A DNA stretch of 64,000 bases from Eubacteriales bacterium (GTDB lineage Bacteria; Bacillota; Clostridia; Oscillospirales; CAG-272): NCBI GenBank assembly GCA_045653705.1, contig JAZOMG010000006.1, positions 90,074 through 154,073 on the forward strand, in the 5' to 3' direction. Positions 39,520 to 48,521 of the stretch are shown here, piece by piece; within the stretch, counting starts at the first letter, position 1; each line of letters opens with the position of its first letter. Under the pieces are notes generated by a model. The model did no database searches, was not told where the DNA came from, and was given only the letters and a program-made list of their open reading frames with translations. Both the position numbers and the translations under genes were made by a program.

Positions 39520-39602
39520 TTTTTAATCCTCCTTTAGTGGGAATATTTTTAGTATTCTCATTCGGGGCGTGTTTAATTCAATCAAACGAGAGGAAACAAT
39601 AT

Positions 39603-40322
39603 ATGTCTTTGTATGTAATTGCCGATTTGCATCTTGACACTCAGAGCAACCAAAAATCCATGGAAGTATTTGGAAACAGATGGAAAAATTACGTTGATAA
39701 AATACAGGCGAATTGGATGCGATTGATAACCGAAAACGATACTGTAATTATTCCCGGAGATATTTCTTGGGGGCTTACCTTAAAGGATGCTTTGTGTGAT
39801 TTAAAATGGATAGACAGCTTATCGGGAAAAAAGATACTCCTAAAGGGTAATCACGATTTTTGGTGGGCAACAAATTCAAAAATGCAAGGCTTTTTGAATG
39901 AAAATGAAATACAGTCTATAAAGATACTAAACAATAACGCGTATGAGATCGAAGAATATATAATATGCGGTTCTCGCGGATGGTTTACCGATAAAACGAT
40001 GCAAACAGCATCGCAAAACGTTGACTACGCCAAAATAATCAACCGAGAAATCATACGGCTTCGTATGTCCCTTAACGAGGCGGTCAAGCTAAAAGGAGAC
40101 ACAGATAAGGAAATATTGGTTTTCTTGCACTTCCCTCCTGTTTGGAGTGACTTCAGGTGCGAAGAGATATTACAGCTTTTGAATGAATATAATATTAAGC
40201 GGTGTTTTTTTGGACATATCCATAGTAATTATACCGCTCCGTCTGTCTTTTCAGAGGGTAAAATTGAATTTAAACTGATTTCTGCGGATTTTCTTGATTT
40301 TATTCCTCAATTTATTGGATAA
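39603..40322 (+). CDS. metallophosphoesterase (calcineurin-like)
   Basis: VIADLHLD, IPGDISW, KGNHDFWW, FLHFPP and GHIH metal-ligand blocks. GAGAGGAAA RBS precedes ATG 39603. Confidence 0.8.
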   Translation: MSLYVIADLHLDTQSNQKSMEVFGNRWKNYVDKIQANWMRLITENDTVIIPGDISWGLTLKDALCDLKWIDSLSGKKILLKGNHDFWWATNSKMQGFLNENEIQSIKILNNNAYEIEEYIICGSRGWFTDKTMQTASQNVDYAKIINREIIRLRMSLNEAVKLKGDTDKEILVFLHFPPVWSDFRCEEILQLLNEYNIKRCFFGHIHSNYTAPSVFSEGKIEFKLISADFLDFIPQFIG

Positions 40323-40337
40323 TTTCGGGAAAATCTA

Positions 40338-40366
40338 TTGACAAAATCGCAAAAAAAAAGTACAAT
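40338..40366 (+). promoter_or_regulatory. sigma-A-type promoter of tig
   Basis: TTGACA (40338-40343), a 17-nt spacer, then TACAAT (40361-40366). Confidence 0.6.
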
Positions 40367-40415
40367 ATATAATGTATGCAAAAATTTTTATTAATCAAGC
40401 GGAGGTTTAAACCAA

Positions 40416-41699
40416 ATGAGTTTAACAAAATCTGAAGTAATCGAAAAAAACAGATATGAATTACAGTTTTCTGTTGACAAAGCAACCTTTGACGCTGCTG
40501 TAAGCGCCGTTTACCGTAAGCAGGTAAAGAATATTACCGTGCCCGGTTTTAGAAAGGGCAAAGCTCCCCGCTCTGTAATCGAAAAGATGTACGGAACAGG
40601 CGTTTTCTATGAGGATGCTATAAACGACCTCATTCCCGCCGCATATACTGAGGCGGCTGCTGAGTCCAAGCTTGAAATAGTAGGACAGCCCGAGTTCGAT
40701 GTTGTTTCTATCGACGAAAACGGTCTTCTCCTTTCTGCTAAGGTATACGTAAAGCCCGAAGTAGAGATAAAGGACTATTGCGGAATTGAAGTTGAGAAAG
40801 AGGTTGAGGCTGTTACCGACGAGGACGTTGACAGAGAAATCGAGACTGTTCGCGAGAGAAATTCCCGTGAGATTGACGTTACAGACCGCGCGGCTGAGAT
40901 GGGCGATACTACTGTTATCGACTTTGAGGGCTTCTGCGACGGAGTTGCGTTCGAGGGCGGTAAGGGTACAGACTACGCGCTTAAGCTTGGTTCAGGCTCT
41001 TTTATCCCCGGATTTGAGGAGCAGATCGTTGGCAAGAGCTTAGACGAGGAATTTGACGTTAACGTTACGTTCCCCGAGGAGTATCATGCGGCTGAGCTTG
41101 CAGGTAAGCCTGCTGTATTTAAGGTAAAGATCCACGCAATCACACGCGTTGAGCTTCCCGAGCTTGATGACGATTTTGCAAAGGATGTTTCCGAATTTGA
41201 TACTTTTGCTGAATATAAAGCGGATATCAAGGCAAAAATCGAAAAGAGACACGAGACCGCTGCCGAGAACGCAGTTGAGGATAAGCTCGTTGAAGTTCTT
41301 ATCGAAAAGCTTGAGGCTGAAATTCCCGAGGCAATGTACGAGGCTGAAACCGAGAACTATGTTCGTGACTATGATACAAGACTTCGTTCTCAGGGACTCG
41401 ATCTTAAGACATACTTTAAGTACACAGGTATGAACCTTGATTCTCTTCGCGAGCAGATGAGACCTCAGGCAGAGCGTCAGGTAAAGGCAAGACTTGCACT
41501 TGAAAAGATTGCTGCTCTCGAAAGCATTGAAGCTACCGAAGAGGATATAAACGGCGAGTACGAAAAGATTGCCTCTGCTTACGGCATAGAGGTTCAGCAG
41601 GTTAAGGACAGCATCGATGCTTCCGCAATCGCTGAGGATATGAAGGTTAAGAAGGCTCTTGACCTTGTAAAAGAAAAGGCTGTTATCAAAACCAAGTAA
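40416..41699 (+). CDS. tig: trigger factor
   Basis: 427 aa. GFRKGKAPRSVIEKMYG ribosome-binding signature, central FKBP-type PPIase (FIPGFEEQIVG), acidic C-terminus. Confidence 0.92.
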   Translation: MSLTKSEVIEKNRYELQFSVDKATFDAAVSAVYRKQVKNITVPGFRKGKAPRSVIEKMYGTGVFYEDAINDLIPAAYTEAAAESKLEIVGQPEFDVVSIDENGLLLSAKVYVKPEVEIKDYCGIEVEKEVEAVTDEDVDREIETVRERNSREIDVTDRAAEMGDTTVIDFEGFCDGVAFEGGKGTDYALKLGSGSFIPGFEEQIVGKSLDEEFDVNVTFPEEYHAAELAGKPAVFKVKIHAITRVELPELDDDFAKDVSEFDTFAEYKADIKAKIEKRHETAAENAVEDKLVEVLIEKLEAEIPEAMYEAETENYVRDYDTRLRSQGLDLKTYFKYTGMNLDSLREQMRPQAERQVKARLALEKIAALESIEATEEDINGEYEKIASAYGIEVQQVKDSIDASAIAEDMKVKKALDLVKEKAVIKTK

Positions 41700-41750
41700 T
41701 CAGTAACACCTTTAAAATTTAAGCGCAACAATTTGTTTGGGGGTAAAATT

Positions 41751-42353
41751 ATGTATAACAATATTTACAATGCGTTAGTGCCTATGGTAGTCGAGCAGGA
41801 CGGCAAGGGTGAACGCTCATACGACATTTTTTCAAGACTTCTTAACGACAGAATAATCTTTTTGTCCGACGAAGTAAATGATGCCACCGCATCCTTGGTT
41901 GTTGCGCAGCTTCTTTTTTTGGAAGCAAAAGACCCCGATAAGGATATTTCCTTTTACATTAATAGCCCCGGCGGTTCTGTAACCGCCGGAATGGCTATTT
42001 ACGATACTATGAATTTTATCAAATGCGACGTCTCTACCATATGTATCGGTATGGCGGCAAGTATGGGTGCGTTTCTCCTTTCAGCGGGTACAAAGGGCAA
42101 GCGTATTGCTCTTCCCAACAGTGAAATTATGATACATCAGCCTTTGGGCGGCGCAAAGGGTCAGGCAAGCGACATCAAGATACAGGCGGAGCTTATTCTC
42201 AGAACAAGAGATAATCTTAACAGAATACTTGCCGAGAATACCGGACGTTCTATTGAAGAGATTGCAAGAGATACCGAGCGCGATAATTTTATGACTGCTA
42301 AACAGGCTCTTGAGTACGGTCTTATAGATAAGATTTTTAATAAAAGAGCTTAA
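41751..42353 (+). CDS. clpP: ATP-dependent Clp protease proteolytic subunit
   Basis: [22 protein letters not shown], catalytic-Ser context [11 protein letters not shown], and [17 protein letters not shown] precedes ATG 41751. Confidence 0.92.
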   Translation: MYNNIYNALVPMVVEQDGKGERSYDIFSRLLNDRIIFLSDEVNDATASLVVAQLLFLEAKDPDKDISFYINSPGGSVTAGMAIYDTMNFIKCDVSTICIGMAASMGAFLLSAGTKGKRIALPNSEIMIHQPLGGAKGQASDIKIQAELILRTRDNLNRILAENTGRSIEEIARDTERDNFMTAKQALEYGLIDKIFNKRA

Positions 42354-42372
42354 ATATCGGTAAGGAAGATAT

Positions 42373-43677
42373 ATGTCAAATACAACGAATACAACAGGCA
42401 CCAGATATTGCTCCTTTTGCGGAAGAAAAGAGGGCCAGGTTAATTTTCTTATCCCATCCCCTACGGGAGCATATATATGTGATTTCTGCGTTGATGCCTG
42501 CCAGCAATTAATCTACGAAAACACCGTTGCAAACGAAACGGATATCGATAGCCTCACGTTTGATACACTACCTAAGCCTATTGAGATCAAGAAAACACTT
42601 GATGAATACGTAATAGGTCAGGACGAGGCCAAAATAGCCCTTTCGGTTGCCGTTTATAATCATTATAAAAGAATTCTGTACAAATGCAATTCAAATGATG
42701 ACGAGGCAAAAATAGACCTGCAAAAGAGTAACGTTTTGCTTATAGGACCTACAGGCGTAGGTAAGACCTATTTAGCTCAAACCTTGGCTAAGTCATTAAA
42801 AGTTCCCTTTGCTATTGCCGACGCAACCACGCTTACCGAGGCGGGATACGTAGGCGAGGACGTAGAGAATATTCTTCTCCGCCTTATCCAAGCAGCGGAC
42901 TACGATATAGAGCTTGCGGAAAAAGGCATAATCTATATTGACGAGATAGATAAGATAGCTCGTAAGAGCGAAAATCGCTCAATTACGCGCGACGTATCGG
43001 GCGAGGGCGTTCAGCAGGCGCTTTTGAAGATACTTGAGGGTACAGTGGCTAACGTTCCCCCTCAGGGCGGCAGAAAGCACCCCAATCAGGAGTTTTTACA
43101 GATAAACACTCAAAATATCCTGTTTATATGCGGCGGAGCGTTTGAGGGGCTTGATAAGCTCATTGAAAAGCGTCAAGGCAATCAAGCTATCGGATTTTCC
43201 AGTGAGATTCGCAAGAAAGACGAAAAGAAAAAAGACGGTCTCTTCAAGGACGTTGTTCCTCACGATATCGTTAAGTTCGGCTTGATTCCCGAGCTTGTAG
43301 GACGAATTCCTATGATAGTAACGCTAAACGACCTTGACAAGGATGCTCTTGTAAGAATACTGACCGAGCCTAAGAATTCCATTATCAAGCAATATATGAA
43401 GCTGTTTGAAATGGACGGCGTTGAGTTAAACTTTAACGAGGAAGCCCTCAAGGCAATTGCGGCTAAAGCGATTGAGCGAAATACAGGAGCTCGCGGACTC
43501 CGTTCGATAATGGAAGAGCTTATGATGTCAATAATGTATGAAATTCCATCCCGAGACGATGTTGCAGAGGTGGTAATAACCGAGGCTGCCGTTAAGCGTG
43601 ACGCTCTGCCTCAGTACGTTATAAAAGAGCCTATACTGTTAGATAACGATATAAAAATAAGCGGCGAGCTTGAATAA
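42373..43677 (+). CDS. clpX: ATP-dependent Clp protease ATP-binding subunit ClpX
   Basis: N-terminal zinc-binding CSFCGR...CDFC, Walker [18 protein letters not shown], and GARGLRSI. Confidence 0.93.
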   Translation: MSNTTNTTGTRYCSFCGRKEGQVNFLIPSPTGAYICDFCVDACQQLIYENTVANETDIDSLTFDTLPKPIEIKKTLDEYVIGQDEAKIALSVAVYNHYKRILYKCNSNDDEAKIDLQKSNVLLIGPTGVGKTYLAQTLAKSLKVPFAIADATTLTEAGYVGEDVENILLRLIQAADYDIELAEKGIIYIDEIDKIARKSENRSITRDVSGEGVQQALLKILEGTVANVPPQGGRKHPNQEFLQINTQNILFICGGAFEGLDKLIEKRQGNQAIGFSSEIRKKDEKKKDGLFKDVVPHDIVKFGLIPELVGRIPMIVTLNDLDKDALVRILTEPKNSIIKQYMKLFEMDGVELNFNEEALKAIAAKAIERNTGARGLRSIMEELMMSIMYEIPSRDDVAEVVITEAAVKRDALPQYVIKEPILLDNDIKISGELE

Positions 43678-43691
43678 TATTTTGTAAATAT

Positions 43692-43730
43692 AAAAGCCAT
43701 AGAATCGGTTTAAAATTCTATGGCTTTTAT
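43692..43730. terminator. bidirectional terminator between clpX and the convergent G3E-like gene
   Basis: AAAAGCCATAGAAT-loop-ATTCTATGGCTTTT, a perfect 14-bp stem with flanking A/T runs. Confidence 0.8.
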
Positions 43731-43734
43731 TATT

Positions 43735-44676
43735 TTAATAAAATGTCGCTACCTCTTGCTTGGGTGCAACGGCAAACTCTGTTGCTTCAACGTACAACAC
43801 AGGCCCCGGCTGTTTATATAGCTTACTTGTTTCTATCTTTAACTTCCCTTTTACAGTTATCCAATCTCTTGTCTTTAGCTTTTGAGGGGTCTTGAACACG
43901 CAAACAAGTCCGCCGTACTGAATATCATCGGCGCAACAGGTCATAATATGTCTGCCGATTATAACCGAATTTTGAGGTAGTCTGCCGTCAACACAGACAA
44001 TACCCTTAAACTTAACGGTCTTTCCGTTATAGCTCATCATATCCTCGGACATATCTCTGTACCAAATGGCGTAATCCTCATCCTTTATCTCTATAACAGG
44101 CGCGTTTATATCAAACGGTAGCGGATCTTCAATATCGTCATACTCCACGTGTCCGTCGGGATAATCATACACAATAGCCGCCCGTCTCGTAACTCCGCGG
44201 ATTATTTTGTGTATTTCCTCTTTATCAATATTATCGGGAGTTCTGTTCAGAACGATCATTTCAGCATCTACCATTTTATCAAATGCAAGCTGACGCATAT
44301 TGTTGTTGTAGCTGATAAAGGTATTTGCATCGGCAAACATCATATTCTGGTATATAGCCCAATCAGAGGGCATATTTGCATATAAGCGCTCCAACAGCCA
44401 CATACCGTTGTATTCTATGATAATGCGGTCCACCTTTTTGTTCTTTGTCAAGGAAATTAAATTTTCCTTGGTTATCCATTCCTCATCATCAATATATTCA
44501 ATGCGAACGTTCTGCCCCCAGAATTGAGTAGGATCTAATTCCTCTATCCCCTCCTCACACATCAGAACCAGTGTTTTTTCGCCGCTGTTGAAGTTTTCGT
44601 CATTAAGCGACTCTTGTATTATGTGGGTCTTTCCGCCCTCCAGAAAGCCTGTAAACAGGTATACGGGAAGCTTCAT
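43735..44676 (-). CDS. G3E/CobW-like P-loop NTPase domain fused to a DUF1980-C-terminal-like TCCADD domain
   Basis: N-terminal TGFLEGGKT (Walker A), MCEEGIEELD, IIIEYNGM and VLNRTP blocks parallel the upstream COG0523 paralog, but no CxCC motif is present. C-terminal YNGKTVKFKGIVCVDG...IIGRHIMTCCADDIQYGGLVCVF...WITVKGKL resembles the C-terminal domain of DUF1980/TIGR03943 proteins. AAGGAG RBS. The start is 11 nt after the upstream stop. Confidence 0.6.
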   Translation of the reverse strand: MKLPVYLFTGFLEGGKTHIIQESLNDENFNSGEKTLVLMCEEGIEELDPTQFWGQNVRIEYIDDEEWITKENLISLTKNKKVDRIIIEYNGMWLLERLYANMPSDWAIYQNMMFADANTFISYNNNMRQLAFDKMVDAEMIVLNRTPDNIDKEEIHKIIRGVTRRAAIVYDYPDGHVEYDDIEDPLPFDINAPVIEIKDEDYAIWYRDMSEDMMSYNGKTVKFKGIVCVDGRLPQNSVIIGRHIMTCCADDIQYGGLVCVFKTPQKLKTRDWITVKGKLKIETSKLYKQPGPVLYVEATEFAVAPKQEVATFY

Positions 44677-44687
44677 TTTAAACTCCT

Positions 44688-45806
44688 TTACATAAACAGC
44701 TCTTTTATGGCTGTTTCATTAATATGAGAGCCGATAACGCATATTTTACCGATAGCGGCAGGTGCTCCGTCTCTTATATTCGGCTCTTCGGGAACGTAGT
44801 CAAAGTATATCCAACTTCCGCGCTCGGATTCAACATAGCCCTTGGCTCTCAGTATAAATCCGTATTTGTCGCTGTCTTCCAACGCCGACAGTATCGTCTC
44901 TATTTCCTTTGCTGTATATTTCTTTACAGTCTCGATTCCCCAGCTTGCAAATACATCGTCCGCATGATGATGGTCATGATGATGCTCATGCTCACAGCAA
45001 TGGTCGTGGTCGTGATGATGCTCATGGTGATGGTCGTGGTCATGATGATGATGCTCATGATGATGCTTGTGTTCACAACAGTGGTCGTGATGATGCTCAT
45101 GATGATGCTCGTGCTCACAGCAATGGTCATGCTCGTGATGATGCTCGTGGTGATGTCCGCATATAGGGCATTCTTCTTCCTCTACAATCGCTTTTAAATC
45201 ATTTTCTAAGCGCATTTTGTTTTCCATCGCATCTATCAATGTCTGTACGTTAAGCTTATCTGCGGGGGTTGTAACAACCGTTGCTTTTTTATTATGCTCT
45301 CTCACAAGCCCCAGTGCTTCCGCTAATTTTTTCTCGGTCGTTTTATCGGTATGACTAAAGAAGATACATCCCGCGTGACTAATCTGGTCGTTGAAAAATT
45401 CGCCGAAATTTTTCATATACATCTTACATTTATTTGCGTCTACAACCACAACAGCACTGTTTAAAACAGCTCCGTCAATATCGGCGGAAAGCACGGCTTT
45501 TGTAACGTCACTGAGCTTACCGACACCCGAGGGCTCGATAAGTATTCGGTCGGGGGAATAATCGGCTACTACCTGTTTTAAAGCCTTGCTGAAATCTCCC
45601 ACAAGAGAACAGCAAATACAACCAGAATTCATCTCGGTTATTTGCACGCCCGAATTTTGCAAAAATCCGCCGTCTATTCCAATTTCTCCGAACTCATTTT
45701 CTATAAGAACAAGCTTTTCACCCTTATATCCCTCACTTATAAGTCTTTTGATAAGAGTTGTTTTTCCCGCTCCGAGAAATCCCGAAATAATATCTATTTT
45801 CGTCAT
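44688..45806 (-). CDS. COG0523-family (CobW/ZigA/ZagA-like) metallochaperone GTPase with His/Cys-rich insert
   Basis: SGFLGAGKTTL Walker A, ENEFGEIGIDG, GCICCS (CxCC), ILIEPSGV, a ~70-aa His/Cys stretch, then a CobW_C-like domain (GFILRAKGYV...ICVIG). AAGGAGAG RBS. Confidence 0.85.
   Translation of the reverse strand: MTKIDIISGFLGAGKTTLIKRLISEGYKGEKLVLIENEFGEIGIDGGFLQNSGVQITEMNSGCICCSLVGDFSKALKQVVADYSPDRILIEPSGVGKLSDVTKAVLSADIDGAVLNSAVVVVDANKCKMYMKNFGEFFNDQISHAGCIFFSHTDKTTEKKLAEALGLVREHNKKATVVTTPADKLNVQTLIDAMENKMRLENDLKAIVEEEECPICGHHHEHHHEHDHCCEHEHHHEHHHDHCCEHKHHHEHHHHDHDHHHEHHHDHDHCCEHEHHHDHHHADDVFASWGIETVKKYTAKEIETILSALEDSDKYGFILRAKGYVESERGSWIYFDYVPEEPNIRDGAPAAIGKICVIGSHINETAIKELFM
44958..45170 (-). 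repeat. intragenic low-complexity coding repeat (CAT/CAC/GAG-rich) encoding a triplicated DHCCEH(E/K)HHH cassette
   Basis: Protein residues about 213-283: CPICGHHHEHHHEHDHCCEHEHHHEHHHDHCCEHKHHHEHHHHDHDHHHEHHHDHDHCCEHEHHHDHHHADD. On the + strand, GCTCACAGCAATGGTC occurs twice, with a diverged third copy (GTTCACAACAGTGGTC). Confidence 0.9.
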
Positions 45807-45825
45807 TTTTATCTCTCCTTAATTT

Positions 45826-45858
45826 TAAAGCAGAGGCGCAAAACGCTCCTCTGCTTTA
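45826..45858 (-). terminator. stem-loop after fba (weak terminator; no proper U-run), abutting the RBS of the COG0523 gene
   Basis: Minus strand: AAAGCAGAGGAGCG-tttt-GCGCCTCTGCTTT, then AAAATTAAGGAGAGATAAAAATG. Confidence 0.5.
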
Positions 45859-45877
45859 TCTTTATTAAAATGAACAA

Positions 45878-46741
45878 TTACGCCTTGTTAACAGAACCGA
45901 ACAGTTCCATCTTCTCTTTTACGGTTGCCTTGATAGCCTCTACACCGGGTGCGAGAACCTTTCTGGGGTCAAAGCCCTTGCCCTCGAGGTCTTTACCTGC
46001 CTCGATATACTTACGTGTAGCCGCAGAGAATGCGAGCTGACACTCGGTATTTACGTTGATCTTTGCAACGCCGAGAGATATAGCCTTCTTTATCATATCA
46101 GCAGGGATACCTGTACCGCCGTGGAGAACGAGGGGCATATCGCCTGTCTGCTGCTGGATAGCATCAAGAGTATCGAAGGAAAGTCCCTGCCAGTTTGCGG
46201 GATACTTACCGTGAATATTACCGATACCTGCCGCAAGCATAGTAACGCCAAGGTCAGCAATCATCTTGCACTCGTTGGGGTCAGCACATTCGCCTGCGCC
46301 AACAACGCCGTCCTCTTCTCCGCCGATAGATCCAACCTCTGCCTCGAGAGAGAGACCCTTATCAGCGCAAACAGCAACAAGCTCCTTGGTCTTTGCTATG
46401 TTCTCCTCGATAGGATAGTGCGAGCCGTCAAACATTACGGAAGAAAATCCTGCCTCTATGCACTTGTAGCAAGCATCGTATGAACCGTGGTCAAGGTGAA
46501 GCGCGACGGGAACAGTGATATTAAGCTCCTCAAGCATACCGTTTACCATACCAACGATAGTCTTGTAGCCGCACATATACTTGCCCGCACCCTCGGATAC
46601 ACCGAGAATAACAGGAGACTTAAGTTCTTCTGCTGTGAGAAGAACAGCCTTTGTCCATTCGAGGTTGTTGATGTTGAACTGTCCGACAGCATATTTGCCG
46701 GCTTTTGCTTTGGTTAACATTTCTTTTGCTGAAACTAACAT
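45878..46741 (-). CDS. fba: fructose-bisphosphate aldolase, class II (Zn-dependent)
   Basis: AVGQFNINN, LHLDHG, FDGSH, HGGTG, and NVNTE(C)Q motifs. GGAG RBS precedes ATG 46741. The ORF-track start 46774 adds a Lys-rich extension. Confidence 0.9.
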   Translation of the reverse strand: MLVSAKEMLTKAKAGKYAVGQFNINNLEWTKAVLLTAEELKSPVILGVSEGAGKYMCGYKTIVGMVNGMLEELNITVPVALHLDHGSYDACYKCIEAGFSSVMFDGSHYPIEENIAKTKELVAVCADKGLSLEAEVGSIGGEEDGVVGAGECADPNECKMIADLGVTMLAAGIGNIHGKYPANWQGLSFDTLDAIQQQTGDMPLVLHGGTGIPADMIKKAISLGVAKINVNTECQLAFSAATRKYIEAGKDLEGKGFDPRKVLAPGVEAIKATVKEKMELFGSVNKA

Positions 46742-46914
46742 TTTATATAGCTCCTTTTTTATTTTTTTCTTCAAATATTATACACTATAATCGGTGAAAA
46801 ATCAAGTATCAATGCAAAATATTTTATGGATTTATAAAAAAATTAACAAATATTTTGTAGATATTAAAGTAATATAATGATATACTATTATAAACAGTTA
46901 GTTTTGGAGGAAAT

Positions 46915-47133
46915 ATGGACAACAGAATTGATAATTCCGAGATGCAAAAGCTTTTAAAAGAAATATATGAGGCTCTTTGTGAAAAAGGCTATGACCCTGC
47001 AAGACAGATAGCGGGATACATACTTTCGGAAGACCCTGTATATATCACCGATTGGAAACAGGCGCGTGAAAAAATAGTTAAAATAGACCGAGACGTATTA
47101 CTTATAGAATTGATAAATAATTATTTGACGTAG
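46915..47133 (+). CDS. ireB: IreB-family regulatory phosphoprotein (UPF0297/YrzL)
   Basis: 72 aa. EIYEALCEKGYDPARQIAGYILSEDPVYIT ... DRDVLLIELINNYL parallels B. subtilis YrzL. GGAGG RBS. Confidence 0.85.
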   Translation: MDNRIDNSEMQKLLKEIYEALCEKGYDPARQIAGYILSEDPVYITDWKQAREKIVKIDRDVLLIELINNYLT

Positions 47134-47150
47134 AATGGAGGCAATTATTT

Positions 47151-48521
47151 GTGGAAAAGCTTTTACGGTTTAAAAAATTAATTGCTTTTCTCTGCTCTGT
47201 TTTGGTTTTATTTCCCTGTATTTTTTGTGTTTCCGTTAACGCAAAAGAAGCCTTTCCCGATACCTCGGGAGCGAATTACATATATCTGTATAATTTCGAC
47301 GGAGACAAGGTCGTATACCGCAAGGGCTCGAATACCGCTAAAATAATGCCCGCATCCACGGTAAAAATTATGAGCGGACTGTTAGCCATTGACCGCTTAG
47401 GCGATAGACTTGATGAGTACGTTACCTTAAGCGATGATATGCTTAAGGGCGTTGAGGGATTTTCCGTAGGCTTAAAAGCAGGAGATAACGTAAAGATAGA
47501 GGACTTGCTGTACTGCCTTATTTGCGGCGGTGGAAATGACGCAGCAATCGCAATCGCAAATATATGCTCGGGCAGTGTGGATAGCTTTGTCAGCGAAATG
47601 AATACGTTGGCTTTAAAATACGGTATGCAAAGCACTAAATATTTAAATCCTACGGGAATCGATGACCCGCAAATGTACACCTGTCTGAACGATGTGGTTA
47701 TACTTTCCAAGATAGCAATTCAAAACGAGCTGTTTATAAAAATCTCGTCAACCTCTAACTACTCTTTTTCAAAAGGAAACTCTGGCGAGATAAAAAATAT
47801 AGCAAACCGAAACGCGCTAATAAGCTCCTTTTCTGCTATGGGATATCAAAACAAAAACGTAAAAGGGCTTAACGCGGGAATGACCGACAACGGCGGCTAC
47901 TGTGTGTCAGCATACGCCACCGACGGACAGGATACTTATTTGTGTATCGTTATGGGTGGACGAGAGCTTTCAAACGGTAAAATAAGCTCCTACAGCATAG
48001 CTAACGGGCTTCTTGAGCACATGTTTGAGAATTTCACCTACACACAGATAGCCAAAAAGGGCGACGTTGTGGATGCTATCTCGGTTAAGCTTGCTCTGCC
48101 CACAAACGGAACAGAAGCTGTATACGTTGACTGTCAGCTTGAAAATGATATCTATGCTTTTGCTCCCAAAAATATAAATTATAAAAATGAATTAACCTAT
48201 AAAACATATTTTCATTCCGACAGCTTAACAGCTCCCGTATATGAAAACACAGTTGTGGGCGGTGTGGATATTTATTATGAGGATACGTATCTTGCAAGCG
48301 CAAGGCTATTAACAAAAGACAGCGCCCCATCGAGTAAGCTGCTAACCGTTTTAAATAAAATGAAAAGCTTTACGCTTTCAAGAACTGTTTTGATTTTTGT
48401 TATACTGTTGATTCCCTCGCTATCGGTATATTTTTATTTTACCGTATGGAAAAGAAAGCTAAAGAACAGAAAGGCTCTGCGGGAATACGGAAAAACATCA
48501 AATATAACACGTAAAAAATGA
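47151..48521 (+). CDS. PBP5/DacB-like D-alanyl-D-alanine carboxypeptidase homolog with degenerate SxN and KTG motifs, C-terminal TM anchor
   Basis: Signal peptide ending VNA. SxxK is intact (PASTVKIMSG). The expected LLxxSGNDAA is LICGGGNDAA, and the expected KTGxT..AGYC is NAGMTDNGGYC. A C-terminal hydrophobic helix and basic tail are present. GTG start with GGAGG 9 nt upstream. Confidence 0.75.
   Translation: MEKLLRFKKLIAFLCSVLVLFPCIFCVSVNAKEAFPDTSGANYIYLYNFDGDKVVYRKGSNTAKIMPASTVKIMSGLLAIDRLGDRLDEYVTLSDDMLKGVEGFSVGLKAGDNVKIEDLLYCLICGGGNDAAIAIANICSGSVDSFVSEMNTLALKYGMQSTKYLNPTGIDDPQMYTCLNDVVILSKIAIQNELFIKISSTSNYSFSKGNSGEIKNIANRNALISSFSAMGYQNKNVKGLNAGMTDNGGYCVSAYATDGQDTYLCIVMGGRELSNGKISSYSIANGLLEHMFENFTYTQIAKKGDVVDAISVKLALPTNGTEAVYVDCQLENDIYAFAPKNINYKNELTYKTYFHSDSLTAPVYENTVVGGVDIYYEDTYLASARLLTKDSAPSSKLLTVLNKMKSFTLSRTVLIFVILLIPSLSVYFYFTVWKRKLKNRKALREYGKTSNITRKK

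Noticed and set aside
44724-45197. ORFs opposite or out of frame with the His-rich cassette (44724-45197 +, 44909-45166 +, 44924-45130 -), which give Met/Val-rich or Asp/His-rich peptides.
   Set aside because: These are artefacts of the CAT/CAC/GTG repeat. Only the minus-strand COG0523 frame is continuous with conserved GTPase and CobW_C domains.
45807-45900. A Zur box or other metalloregulator operator upstream of the COG0523 gene.
   Set aside because: I looked for an AT-rich palindrome of the TCGTAAT-N-ATTACGA type on both strands. Only a non-palindromic CGTAATTGTTCATT was present, which is not convincing.
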